A stretch of DNA of 64,000 nucleotides, taken from positions 192,001-256,000 of the forward strand of contig CAWFQB010000005.1 in the NCBI GenBank assembly GCA_963817895.1, in the 5' to 3' direction. Of this stretch, positions 21,414-32,187 are shown piece after piece. The translations under genes and the position numbers were made by a program. Within the stretch, counting starts at the first letter, position 1; each line of letters starts with the position of its first letter. The notes below the pieces were generated by a model, which was given only the letters and a program-made list of their open reading frames with translations, did not search any database and had not been told where the DNA came from. This DNA comes from an uncultured Chthonomonadaceae bacterium (GTDB lineage: Bacteria > Armatimonadota > Chthonomonadetes > Chthonomonadales > Chthonomonadaceae).

Positions 21414-22937
21414 ATGGAACGGGCAGAAACCGGACCATCAGAACACCGGACATTCAGGGACGAACACTGTATGACCGGACGTGCGGCATCAGCATTGACG
21501 TTGCGCCCGTTACCGAAACGCGCTGTTGGGGAAAGCGACCGTGTTCTCCACAGCCTTTATGCCAGCGCCGAGGCCATGATGGGCGTTGTGGAAATGGTAG
21601 ATGAGGATTTGCGTTTTCTGGATTTCAGCCCCACGACAGCCAGATTCCTGCACCGCTCCCCAGCAGAGATACAGGGCAGGCTGCGCCTCTGAATTAGGAC
21701 TGGAAGAGGAGGCCCGCCTTTTCTTGGTGGCGCAGTATCGCGAGTGTCAGGCTTTCCCCGCGCCGCTGGTATTTGAGCGGCTTATTGTCTGGGATCTGCC
21801 GGACGAAGTCCGTTCCGAACATTGGCTTTGCATTACGATTTCCTACATCGGACAGGGCGAGAACGGCTGCGCCCGCTTCACCTTTGTGGCCGAAGATGTT
21901 TCCGAGCGCAAGCAAATCGAACAATCCCTCAAGGCGGCGCAGTTCGCTCTTCACCAGTCCGAACGCGCCCGCCGCAAAGCCAACAAGCGCGTCGCCACCA
22001 TTCTGGACAGCATCCACGACGCTTACATCGCCCTTGACCGCGATGGCATCATTACCTACACCAATGGCCGCGCCGAAGACCTGCTGCGCCGTCCGCGCGC
22101 CGAATTCCTGGGCCAGAACTTCTTTGACGCCTTCACAACCCTGCGCGATATGCGTATCCACGAGGAGATTCAGCGCGCCCTGTCCCGGCAGGCGGACATT
22201 CACTTTGACGATTATTACCCCATTTCCGACCGCTGGATCGAAGTCAATATTTATTCCGCTCAGGAGGGCTTTTCATTTATGCCCGCGACGTGACCGCCCA
22301 GTATAAAACGCAGGAGGAGTTGCAGCAGGGCGTGGCGAAACTACAGCGCAGTCTGGACGGATTTGTGCGGGCCATGTCGCTTGCCGTTGACATTCGGGAC
22401 CCTTATACCGCCGGCCATCAGCGTCGCGTCAGCGTGCTTGCGGCTCGCATCGCGCGGCAAATGGGCCAGTCGCCCGCCCAGGTAGAGGGCATCCGCATTG
22501 CCGGCCTGCTGCACGACATCGGCAAAATCGCCGTGCCCGCCGAAATTCTCAGCCGTCCCGGCAGGCTCACGCCGCCCGAAATCAGCCTGATACAAGCCCA
22601 TGCTCAAATCGGCTATAATATTCTGAAGGATATTGAATTTGCCGCGCCCGTTGCCCTTGTCGCCCTTCAGCATCATGAGCGACTGGACGGGTCAGGTTAT
22701 CCCAATCAGTTGCGCGGAGGCGACATTTTGCCGGAAAGCCGACTGCTCGCCGTTGCCGATGTTGTGGAAGCCATGTCCTCGCACCGTCCGTACCGCCCCG
22801 CGCTCGGCCTGCCTGCCGCGCTGGAAGAGATTTTACAACACCGCGATGTTCTCTATGACCCTGTTGTCGTGGACGCCTGCTTCGAACTCTTCCGCGCCAA
22901 CGGTTTCGACTTCGAGCAGGCGATAGAGGAGGAGTAG
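21414..22937 (+). CDS. PAS-domain HD-GYP phosphodiesterase (frameshifted; start uncertain)
   Basis: PAS segments EDVSERK and ILDSIHDAYIALD; DPYTAGHQRRV, LHDIGK, HHERLDGSGYP. Confidence 0.85.
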
Positions 22938-22942
22938 GGATC

Positions 22943-23054
22943 AGGTTGTTAGGTTGTTAGGTTGTTAGGCGTTTGGTTTGCAGAGACAAAGAGTATGCGA
23001 GTAACCCCATTGCCTGACAACTAACAACCTAACAACCTAACAACCTAACAACCT
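22943..23054. repeat. Palindromic octamer element (AGGTTGTT)n...(AACAACCT)n
   Basis: Arms at 22943-22969 and 23013-23054; ends immediately before ATG 23055. Confidence 0.9.
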
Positions 23055-24212
23055 ATGAAACCCCCAACCCTTACCGGCCTTGACGCGCTACAGCGCGACG
23101 ATTTTAAGCCGCTGCATGACCGACGCATTGGTCTTGTCACCAACCATACGGGCCTGAACAGCGCGGGAATGGCAACCGCCGATCTGCTTCACGCGCACCC
23201 GAAAGTGCATCTTGCCGCCCTGTTTGGCCCGGAACACGGCATACGCGGCGCGGTAGATGACAAAGTGGCGGACAGCGTGGACGCGCAAACCGGCCTGCCC
23301 GTTTACAGTCTGTACGGGCAGCGGACGCGCCCCCTGCCCGAACAGCTTGCCCCTCTGGACATGCTTGTTTTCGATATTCAGGATGTGGGCGCGCGGTATT
23401 ACACCTACATCAGCACACTTGGGTTGTGCCAGGAAGCGGCGGCGCAGGCCCGTTTGCCGTTTCTCGTGCTGGATCGTCCCAATCCTATTGGCGGGCTTGC
23501 CGTCGAGGGGCCGTTAGCGGACGCGGATAAACTCAGTTTCACCTCCCATCATCCTATTCCCATTCGGCACGGCCTGACGGTAGGGGAGATGGCGCGGTTG
23601 TTTCAGGCGGAAAAACCTGCCCTGAACCCTGCAAACGAACCGCCCTCCCCGCTGATAATCGCGCAGGTGGAGAACTGGCGGCGCGCGGAAGCGTGGGATC
23701 AAACTGGCCTGACGTGGACCAACCCCTCGCCCAACATGCGCTCGCTGACGCAGGCGTTTCTCTATCCCGGTGTGGGCCTGCTGGAATTCACCAATGTTTC
23801 GGTCGGGCGCGGCACGGACACGCCGTTTGAAATTGTCGGCGCGCCCTGGATGGACGGGCGACAACTGGCGCAGCATTTGAACGCGCAAAACCTGCCCGGC
23901 GTCCGATTCGTGCCTGTTCACTTCACGCCCCATTCCAGCAAACACGCCAATCTGCCGTGTGGCGGCGTCAACATCATCATTACGCGCCGCGACCAGTTCC
24001 GCCCTGTCCGAACTGGTTTCGCCCTTGCCTGCGGATTGCGCGATCTTCATTCCGAACAGTGGGAACACGCGCGCTACATCACCCTGCTTGCCAACACTTC
24101 TCTTTACAACGCCCTGCTGCAAGGAGCCGATGCCGCCAAACTGGAGCAACTCTGCGCCCCCGACACGCAAGCCTTCCGCAAGCGCTGCGCGGGGCATTTG
24201 CTGTATGAGTGA
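23055..24212 (+). CDS. DUF1343 / NamZ-like exo-beta-N-acetylmuramidase
   Basis: GLVTNHTG, LFGPEHG, FDIQDVGARYYTY, LDRPNP, PSPNM, SVGRGT. Confidence 0.88.
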   Translation: MKPPTLTGLDALQRDDFKPLHDRRIGLVTNHTGLNSAGMATADLLHAHPKVHLAALFGPEHGIRGAVDDKVADSVDAQTGLPVYSLYGQRTRPLPEQLAPLDMLVFDIQDVGARYYTYISTLGLCQEAAAQARLPFLVLDRPNPIGGLAVEGPLADADKLSFTSHHPIPIRHGLTVGEMARLFQAEKPALNPANEPPSPLIIAQVENWRRAEAWDQTGLTWTNPSPNMRSLTQAFLYPGVGLLEFTNVSVGRGTDTPFEIVGAPWMDGRQLAQHLNAQNLPGVRFVPVHFTPHSSKHANLPCGGVNIIITRRDQFRPVRTGFALACGLRDLHSEQWEHARYITLLANTSLYNALLQGADAAKLEQLCAPDTQAFRKRCAGHLLYE

Positions 24213-24279
24213 GATACTAGATACGAGATACGAGTAAATTCCTCTGGCTCTCGTATCTCGTATCTCGTATCTCGTATCT
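24211..24279. repeat. Palindromic heptamer element (AGATACG)n...(CGTATCT)n
   Basis: Arms at 24211-24234 and 24250-24279 fill the whole intergenic gap. Confidence 0.9.
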
Positions 24280-24280
24280 T

Positions 24281-25199
24281 ATGCCTACCTACGACCTCAT
24301 CGTATACGGAACCATCTGCCTGGACGCCATCTGGCGCGTGAACAAACTCGCGCCGCCGGGTGGCTACGTGTCCATTCTGGAAGCGAAGCAGATGATTGGC
24401 GGAGAAGCTTGTAACACGGCGATTGCGCTTGCGAAGTGGGGCGCCCGGGTCGCGCTGGTCGGCAATGCGCTGGGCGATGATGAAAATGGCCGCTTGCTGC
24501 GCGCGTTGCTGGCCCGCGACGCGCCCGAACTGGATACCCGCTTCCTCCGAACTCTTCCCGACGCGCAGACGCCCTTTTGCGCGTGTATCGCCACGCCGGA
24601 CGGCGAACGAACCATGTACGGCACGGGCTTTTCCACGATGCAGTGCGCGGAACTGGATGCGGAACTGGCGCGTTCTGCCCGGTGGTTCACGCTGGACCCG
24701 AACGCCTGGGAACCCGGACGCGCGGCGGCATTGAAAGCGGCGGAATGGGGCCTGTCCGTGCTGGCAATGGACTACACCCGTGACCCCGAAGTAAGCCGAA
24801 GCGCCGCGCTGAACGTCACGTCCCGCGAACATCTGCCCCATCTTCAAACAATCAAAGAACTCGCCCGCTATGTCGCTGACCTGCGCGACAGGTATGGCCC
24901 CACCGCCATTGTCACGCTGGGGGCAGCAGGCTGTCTGGTAGCGGAACGGGGGCAAACCGGCTTGCCGCTTCACGTTCCGGCGTATGTGGCCCCGGCAATG
25001 GTGGACGCGACGGGCTGCGGCGATGTATTCCGCGCCGGATTGCTGTACGGGCAGTTACAGGAGTGGGAACTCCTGAATTGTGTTCGATTTCGCGTCCGCC
25101 GTTGCCGCGCTCAACTGCGGCGCGATGGGCGGCTGGGGCGGAGTTCGAACCGTCGCGGAAATCGAAGCCTTTTTGCAAACGGCGCAAATACAGGAGTAA
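24281..25199 (+). CDS. PfkB/ribokinase family carbohydrate kinase (frameshift near 25088)
   Basis: GGEACNTAIALAKWG, VTLGAAG, DATGCGDVF; shifted frame continues FASAVAALNC...IQE*. Confidence 0.85.
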
Positions 25200-25302
25200 A
25201 CCACGGAGGACACGGAGAACACGGGGAAGAACAAACGAGGAGAGTGGGAACCGCGAACCACGCGAAACAAACGAAAAAAGAACAAGAACAAAAAGGGAAA
25301 AG

Positions 25303-26808
25303 ATGGCAACAGACGAACCAAACGCGGAAGATAAGAAGCAAGACGACAAAAAGCCGGAAGATAAGAAGCCGGAAGACAAGCCAATGGTGGAAGAACCGCC
25401 GATTGTCACGCAGCATGTTGTTACCGTGGACGGGCAGGAGTTGCGCTATACGGTAACGACCGGGATGCTGCCCATCAAGAACGAGAAGGGCGAGATTGAG
25501 GCCAGTCTGTTCTTCATGGCGTATACGAAAGATTTTGCCGAGGAAGACACGGAGGCGAAACAGGATCGGCCCCTGATGTTCAGTTTCAATGGCGGCCCCG
25601 GCTCGTCGTCGGTGTGGCTGCACCTGGGCGCGCTTGGCCCAAAGCGGATTCCCATGCTGGAAGACGGCAATCTGCCCCCGCCGCCCTTACCGCCTTGTGG
25701 ATAACCCGCATACCTGGCTGGACAAAACCGATCTGGTCTTTATTGATCCCGTCGGCACGGGGTACAGCCGCGCGGCGAAGCCGGAGTTGGGCAAAAAGTT
25801 CTGGAGTCTGGAGGGCGATATTGCCAGCGTGGGCGAGTTTATCCGCCTGTACCTGACCCGTTATGAGCGGTGGGCGTCGCCCCTGTATCTTGTCGGCGAG
25901 AGTTACGGCACGACGCGGGCGGCGGGACTGGCGGGGCATCTGATTGACCGGGGCATCGCGTTCAGCGGCATTCTGCTTGTGTCTTCGATCCTGAATTTTC
26001 AGACCGCGCTGGCGGCAAAAGGCAACGACCTGCCCTACATTCTGTTTTTGCCGTCGTTTGCCGCAGCCGCGTGGTATCACAGGAAACTCGCGCCCGATTT
26101 GCAGGCCGATTTACAAACTACCCTGCGCGAAGTGGAAGCATGGGCGGCAGGGGAATACACGCTGGCCCTGATGCAAGGCGATGCGCAAACGTGCGGACGA
26201 GCGTCGCGCTGTTATCGCAAAACTGGCGCGTTACACCGGACTGGCGGAACAATTCATCGAAGACAGTGACCTGCGCGTTGACCAGTCCCATTTTTGCAAG
26301 GAATTGCTGAGAAACGAGAAGCGCACGGTTGGGACGATTGGACAGCCGCATCACGGGGCGCGACGCCCGCGCCGTTGGCGAACATTATGAATTCGATCCG
26401 AGCATGAGCGCGATACGCCCGCCCTACACATCCGCTCTCAACCACTATGTTCGTACTCAACTCGGCTACAAAACCGACTCGCCGTACTTCATTTTAGGCG
26501 AAGGCTATGAACTTTACAAGGAGTGGAACTGGAACATTCGGCAGGGATATGTGGATACCAGCGAAGCTCTCCGAAGCGCGTTCGCCAAAAACCCTTATAT
26601 GCGCCTGTTCGTCGCGTCCGGCTACTACGATTTCGCCACGCCCTACTTCGCCACGCAATATACGCTCAACCACAGCCAATTAGATCCCGAAACCCGCGAA
26701 AAAGTTGTCACCGCTGAGTACGAAGCGGGTCACATGATGTATATCCACGCGCCCTCCCTCGCGAAATTGAAGGCAGACGTGGCGAAGTTTTTGGAAAATA
26801 GCGCTTAA
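25303..26808 (+). CDS. Serine carboxypeptidase S10 family (frameshifted)
   Basis: FNGGPGSSS, FIDPVGTGYS, GESYG, YEAGHMMY. Confidence 0.9.
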
Positions 26809-27722
26809 CTGTTCTTGAGCGGCCAGATGGTCTGGGCGAAGAGGTCGTAATGAACCCGTCCGGGCAGGGCGACGCTGACTTTGGCTTTGAGGTCGCGGCG
26901 GGCGCAGGAGGCGCGGACAGCGCGGACGATTTCTTCATCCGTGTAGCGTTTGGAGATGTGGTACAATGCGAGATGAGACACATTCGCGGCCTGCGCCATG
27001 TCCAGCACTTCGCCCAGGCAGGAGTGGGCGTGGCCGCGTTCACAGGCTTCCGCCTGACTGACTTCATCGGTGTCCAGAAACGTGCATTCGTGAAGCAGGA
27101 AGCGGGTTTGGGCGTATGTTTCGGGAGCTAAAGGGCGGGTGTCGCCGGATACGCTGAACAGAATCTCTTCTTCGCGTTGCGTGAGCGCGTCGCGCCCGTT
27201 TTCGGCGCGAAAGCGGTCTATTTCCGCCTGCGATTTGCCGCGCAGTTCCGGCTTCAGGCGATCCACCATGCGCCCGACGTGGTAGCCCAGGCTGCGAATG
27301 TGCGTGGGGTCGGGGTCGGGAATGTGCAGCGTGGCAAACGGACGCAGAAAATGGTCGTCGCCGATGTCCTGCTGTTCGCCCGGTTTCAGCGGCTGCCACT
27401 GCGTTTGCCCCGCCGTGACGGGATCGAACTGCGCCAGAAATCGTCCGAACGCCATCAGGGAACCGCTGCCTTCGGGATGCAGCACTTGCAGGGGCGTTCC
27501 CGCGCCGAACGCCACAGAGCCGCGCAAATTAAGCAGTTGCGGCAGTCCGGCGATATGGTCCCGGTGCGCGTGGGTCAGGGCGACATGATTGGCCTTGTTG
27601 ATTTTGCCTTCCAGCAGCGCGGCGCAGCCATCCCCCGCATCAAAGAGGATGCGGTGGGTTTCATCGAGTACCCAGGTGGCAACTAATGGCGTGGAAAATA
27701 CGATCAGGCGGGGCGGGTGCAT
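26805..27722 (-). CDS. Metallo-beta-lactamase fold, RNase Z-like protein
   Basis: LFDAGDG, THAHRDH, SGDT, HECTF, YHISKRY. Confidence 0.75.
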   Translation of the reverse strand: MHPPRLIVFSTPLVATWVLDETHRILFDAGDGCAALLEGKINKANHVALTHAHRDHIAGLPQLLNLRGSVAFGAGTPLQVLHPEGSGSLMAFGRFLAQFDPVTAGQTQWQPLKPGEQQDIGDDHFLRPFATLHIPDPDPTHIRSLGYHVGRMVDRLKPELRGKSQAEIDRFRAENGRDALTQREEEILFSVSGDTRPLAPETYAQTRFLLHECTFLDTDEVSQAEACERGHAHSCLGEVLDMAQAANVSHLALYHISKRYTDEEIVRAVRASCARRDLKAKVSVALPGRVHYDLFAQTIWPLKNS

Positions 27723-27851
27723 GGTAGGTGTCAGGTATTAGGTGTCAGGTGTCAGGTATCAAGCAATGCGCGGCGCATTATGGCGTCCATTGCTCTGTCC
27801 GGTGTTACTATGTGTATTGTACCATGAATGGCCGAATACAAGGAAATACAA

Positions 27852-30800
27852 ATGGCGTCACTCCGTTCTTTCCAAACCATCTCTGTCTTGTCTTCCGGTG
27901 GATTACTCCTCGGCGCGTCCCTGTGTTTGCTGGCCGCCTGCGCCGCGCCGGGGCAGGGGCAAAAGGCAGCAGGACAGGGACAGGAAACAGGGAACACGGA
28001 ACAGTAGACAAGGCTTCATCCCTCATCCCTCATCCCTCATCCCTGAACATTCCCCTTCCCCACCCGGAACGCCGCGCTTTCTGGTCGTTTCAGCCGGTCA
28101 AGAACCCGAAATTGCCTCCGGTGAAAAATATGGCATGGTGCAAAAACCCGATTGACCGCTTTATTCTGGCCGGACTGGAAGCGAAAGGTTTGAAGCCCGC
28201 GCCGCCTGCGGATCGCCGTACCCTGATCCGCCGCGCGAGTTTCGACCTGGCCGGCCTGCCGCCAACCCCCGAAGACGTGGAAGCGTTTGTCGCGGACAAA
28301 TCCCCCAACGCCTGGGAAAAAGTCATAGACCGGCTGCTGGCCTCGCCCGCGTATGGCGAACGCTGGGGGCGGCACTGGCTGGACGTGGTCCGCTACGCCG
28401 ACAGTCTGGATGCGCGGGGCGTGGGCAGCGAGGGCGACATCAGCGAAGCCTGGCGCTACCGCGACTGGATTGTCAACGCCTTCAACCGCGACTTGCCGTA
28501 CAACGAGTTCATGAAGTATCAGGTGGCAGGCGATTTGATGCCAGAGGGGTCAGGGAGACAAGGAACAGAACGCGCATCCAACCACCAACCACCAACCACC
28601 AACCACCTCAACCCTGACGGCATCGTCGCTACCGGTCTGCTGGCTATCGGCAACTGGGGGAACGGGGACGCGGACAAGGATAAAATTCTGACGGACATTG
28701 CCGACGATCAGGTGGATGTTATCAGCCGGGGCATGATGGGCCTGACGGTCGCCTGCGCCCGCTGCCATGACCATAAATTCGATCCGATTTCCACCAAAGA
28801 CTATTACGGGTTGGCGGGGATTTTCTTTAGTACGCACATTCTGCCCAAACTCGCGCCCAAAGGCGCGGGGGAGGGAATTCCTGCGCGTTTCGCTTGACAC
28901 TCCCGAAGCCAAAGCGCGGCGCGAACAGTACGCGCAGGAGATGGCGCAGGGCGCGGCTGAAATTCAACGAGAGCGCGAAAAGATTTTGAGCGCGTATGCG
29001 CGGGGTTTGTTGCCGCAAACCGCCCGGTACGTGCAGGCCGCGTGGCAGTACGCGCACCGTCCGCATCTCGCAGGCCGCGCAAACGCCGGAAGCCTTTGCC
29101 GTCTCGCAAAACTTGCAGCCCTGGGCGTTTCGGCAGTGGAACGATTTTCTGAAACCGGGCGGCTACCCGCTGATGCTGCTGCCGCAGGCGGAAGTCTCCG
29201 GCATGAAGGGCGTGAGCGCGTGGCGCGGCAAGGCGGACTGCCCGAACCTGCTTGTCAACGCCAACGATACGCCGCGCAGCCTCAGTTCCCTGACCCTTCC
29301 GCCCCGTTCCGTGTGCGTCCATCCCGGCCCGACGAACGGCGTGGTCGTGGCGTGGCAAAGCCCGATTACGGGAACCGTGCAGATTACCGGGCGCGTCGTG
29401 GATGCCGACCCCAACGGCGGCGACGGCATCGCATGGGCATTGGATCAGCGGAGCGCGGGCGGAGCGCGGGAACTGGCGACGGGCGAGTTTCCCAACGGCG
29501 GGGCGCAGGATTTCGCGAAGGGGCATAACGCCAACGCTCTGCAAACCGTATCCGTGCATTCAGGCGACCGCATTGAACTGGCCGTCCTGCCCAAAGAAAA
29601 CTACGGCTTCGACACAACCGTTGTAGACCTGACTATTATAGAAGTTGGCAGTAACAACAGTTCGCCTTCTTCCAAATTGGCAGTCAACGGCATTAACAAC
29701 TCTTTGCTGTCAACATTGGGAGTGAGCTTTATCAACAACTCTTTTCTGCCACCAGTGGGAGTGAACCTGAATAACGATAACTCCCCTCTCCCAAAATTGG
29801 GAGAGGGGTTGGGGTGAGGGCCACTCCTCGCAGTTGGAACCTCGCGCATGACCTGATACCCGACCCGCTGCAAGGCGGCAAGGGCAACCCGCACAACGAC
29901 AGTTACGGCAATGCGGGCGTGTGGCGCTTTGAGGATATGGCGGATCGGCATCGCAGCGCCACACCCGGCGCGGTCTTCAATCCCGCTCTGGCGCGGGTGC
30001 AGCAGCTTGTTGGAGACGGAAGCGGGGCGGCAAGCGCGATTCCCGCCGACGCGCAACAGGCCATTGACACGTTCGCGCGTTCTTTCACGATCAGCGATTC
30101 AGGCAGCCCGTTCGCCATCCGCAACGCCTCGGAAGAAACACTGTTGTCTGCCGGAATCCCGAACGCTTCTGGCGGGTTTGCAGGCGAAACTGGACGCATT
30201 GCGCAAAAACGCGCCGCCCATGCCCGGCTTCGCCAACGCCGCGCAGGAGGGTGGCGTTCCCGAAAGCCCACACGCGGGCGTTCACGACGTGCGCGTCCAC
30301 ATCCGGGGCAGTTACGCGCGATTGGGCGACATGGTTCCGCGCCATTTCCCGGTTGTGATTGCGGGCGAAAACCAACTGCCGATTACGCAGGGCAGCGGTC
30401 GCCTGCAACTGGCCGAGTGGCTGGCAAGCGACACGCACCCGCTCACCGGTCGCGTGTGGGTCAATCGCGTATGGCAGCACCACTTCGGGCAGGGCATTGT
30501 CCGCACCCCAAGCAACTTCGGCTTTCTCGGGGAAAAACCCACGCACCCGGAACTGCTGGACTGGCTGGCAAGCCACTTCGTTGCAAAGGATGAAGGGAAG
30601 ATACGAGATACGAGATACGAGATACGAGGTGGGGAGGATTCATCCTTCATCCTTCATCCTTCATCCTTTGCCTGCGGTTGGTCTACCAAAAAGCTGCACA
30701 AGCTGATGCTGATGTCGGCCACCTATCAGCAGGCGAGCGAGGGGCGGACGGAAACTCTGAAGGCGGACCCGGACAATCGGCTGGTGGGGCGCATGAGTCG

Positions 30801-31296
30801 GCAGCGTTTGGAGGCGGAGGCCGTGCGCGACAATCTGTTGGCCGTGTCGGGGAAACTGGACACGAGCATGGGCGGGGTGGCGTACCGCGATTTTGCCATT
30901 CCGCGCCGGACGCTGTATTATATGACTATCCGTTCGGACAGAGCCGGGTTTGGAACGCTTTTCGACGGGGCCAATTCGACCGCCTGCGTGGAAAAACGGA
31001 CGGTATCTACGGTTGCGCCGCAATCGCTGTACCTGCTGAACAACCCGTTCGTTCTCGACCAGACCCGCGCTTTTGCGCAACGGCTGGCGAAAGAGATTCC
31101 CGAAGGCGCGACAAGCGATCCTGCCCGTATCCGTCGCGCCTACTTACTTTTGTACGCCCGTCCCGCCACAGCGGAAGAAGTTCACATCGGCCTTTCGTTT
31201 CTACAGCGCGTCCGCGCTACTGTAAAGGATAATGGCGCGTGGGAGCAGTATTGCCATATTCTGCTGTGCGCCAATGAATTTGTGTACGTGGACTGA
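27852..31296 (+). CDS. DUF1549/DUF1553 (PSD1) planctomycete-type protein, probable lipoprotein; several frameshifts and repeat inserts
   Basis: Signal peptide ending LAAC; WSFQP, NPIDRFI, YGERWGRHWLDVVRYAD, CARCHDHKFDP, RVWVNRVWQHHFGQGIV, APQSLYLLN, NEFVYVD. Confidence 0.85.
29653..29822 (+). repeat. Degenerate 39-42-nt tandem units ending in an intact CTCCCCTCTCCC-N-GGGAGAGGGG..GGGGTGAGGG palindrome, inside the CDS
   Basis: Units begin AACAAC at 29653, 29695 and 29734, and AACGATAAC at 29773. Confidence 0.7.
30599..30666 (+). repeat. Intragenic module (AGATACG)4-N12-(TTCATCC)4, copy 2
   Basis: Translates [24 protein letters not shown] inside the DUF1553 domain. Confidence 0.95.
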
Positions 31297-31365
31297 TGGG
31301 CTGACCGGGAAAAACGTATTCGTCGCACGGGGCGTTTGTCCGTAGCGCCGGGAATGACCGCGCGC

Positions 31366-31551
31366 CGGGTACAGAGAACGTACCCGTCTGTGTAGCCTGC
31401 GGCTAAGCGTCCTTCGGACGCAAATGCCTGAGAAGAATGGAAACATTGTTCGGGAACGGGATTATCGGGAAAATTAAACGTATGTTGTACCCTCCGCGTC
31501 CGAAGGACGCCTGGCGGAACGCCACACAGATGGGTACGTTCTTTGTACCCG
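31366..31551. repeat. Inverted doublet of 56-bp REP-like units
   Basis: 31366-31421 (reverse) and 31496-31551 (forward); hairpins GCGTCCGAAGGACGC and GGGTAC-N7-GTACCC. Confidence 0.9.
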
Positions 31552-31646
31552 GAAATCATTGCGAGCGACTATAACCAACAACACCCGGCGCGTGTTCCAC
31601 CATACTAACGCTTTACCCACACAATTATCAAGCAGGAGCCTGAAGA

Positions 31647-32069
31647 ATGAGGCGCAGCAAAAATGAGATGGACCTTCATATTGTATGGGCAACCAAACAC
31701 CGCGAAGAGTTGCTGACTCCGGAGGTTGAACGGGCGGCGTACCGTTGTATCATCAGCGAGGCGCAAAATATGAAATGTAACATTCGCGCCATTAATGACA
31801 TGCCCGACCATGTACACTTGCTGATGAAAATGCCGCTCACGCTCGCCCTTTCCGATGTAATGAAGCGGCTTAAAGGTATTTCTTCAGCCATGATCAATGA
31901 TTTACCTGCGCAACCGCGCTTTCGCTGGCAGGAAGGCTATGCTGTTTATTGTGTCTGTCCCTCCCATGTTCAGGAAGCGGTGGACTATATTGCCAACCAA
32001 AAACAACACCATGCCGACGGAACCACAATCTCGGAATGGGAAGAAGCCGACGAAGAAGTAGAACCCTGA
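31647..32069 (+). mobile_element. tnpA: IS200/IS605-family (Y1 HUH) transposase, RAYT-like
   Basis: HIVWATKHRE, MPDHVHLL (HUH), RWQEGY, YIANQKQHH (catalytic Tyr). Confidence 0.9.
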
Positions 32070-32095
32070 CACCTATTCAGCGCAACGACGCATCC

Positions 32096-32151
32096 GCGTC
32101 CGAAGGACGCTTAGCGGAACGCTACACAGACGGGTACGTTCTCTGTACCCG
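32096..32151 (+). repeat. 56-bp REP-like unit, copy 3
   Basis: gcgtccgaaggacgcttagcggaacgctacacagacgggtacgttctctgtacccg. Confidence 0.9.
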
Positions 32152-32187
32152 TCCTGCGCCTGATATATCCATACGGACAAGCTCACT

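Noticed and set aside
29653..29780. AAC-rich repeats as a DGR template/variable region
   Set aside because: No reverse transcriptase in the window and the differences between units are not adenine-specific.
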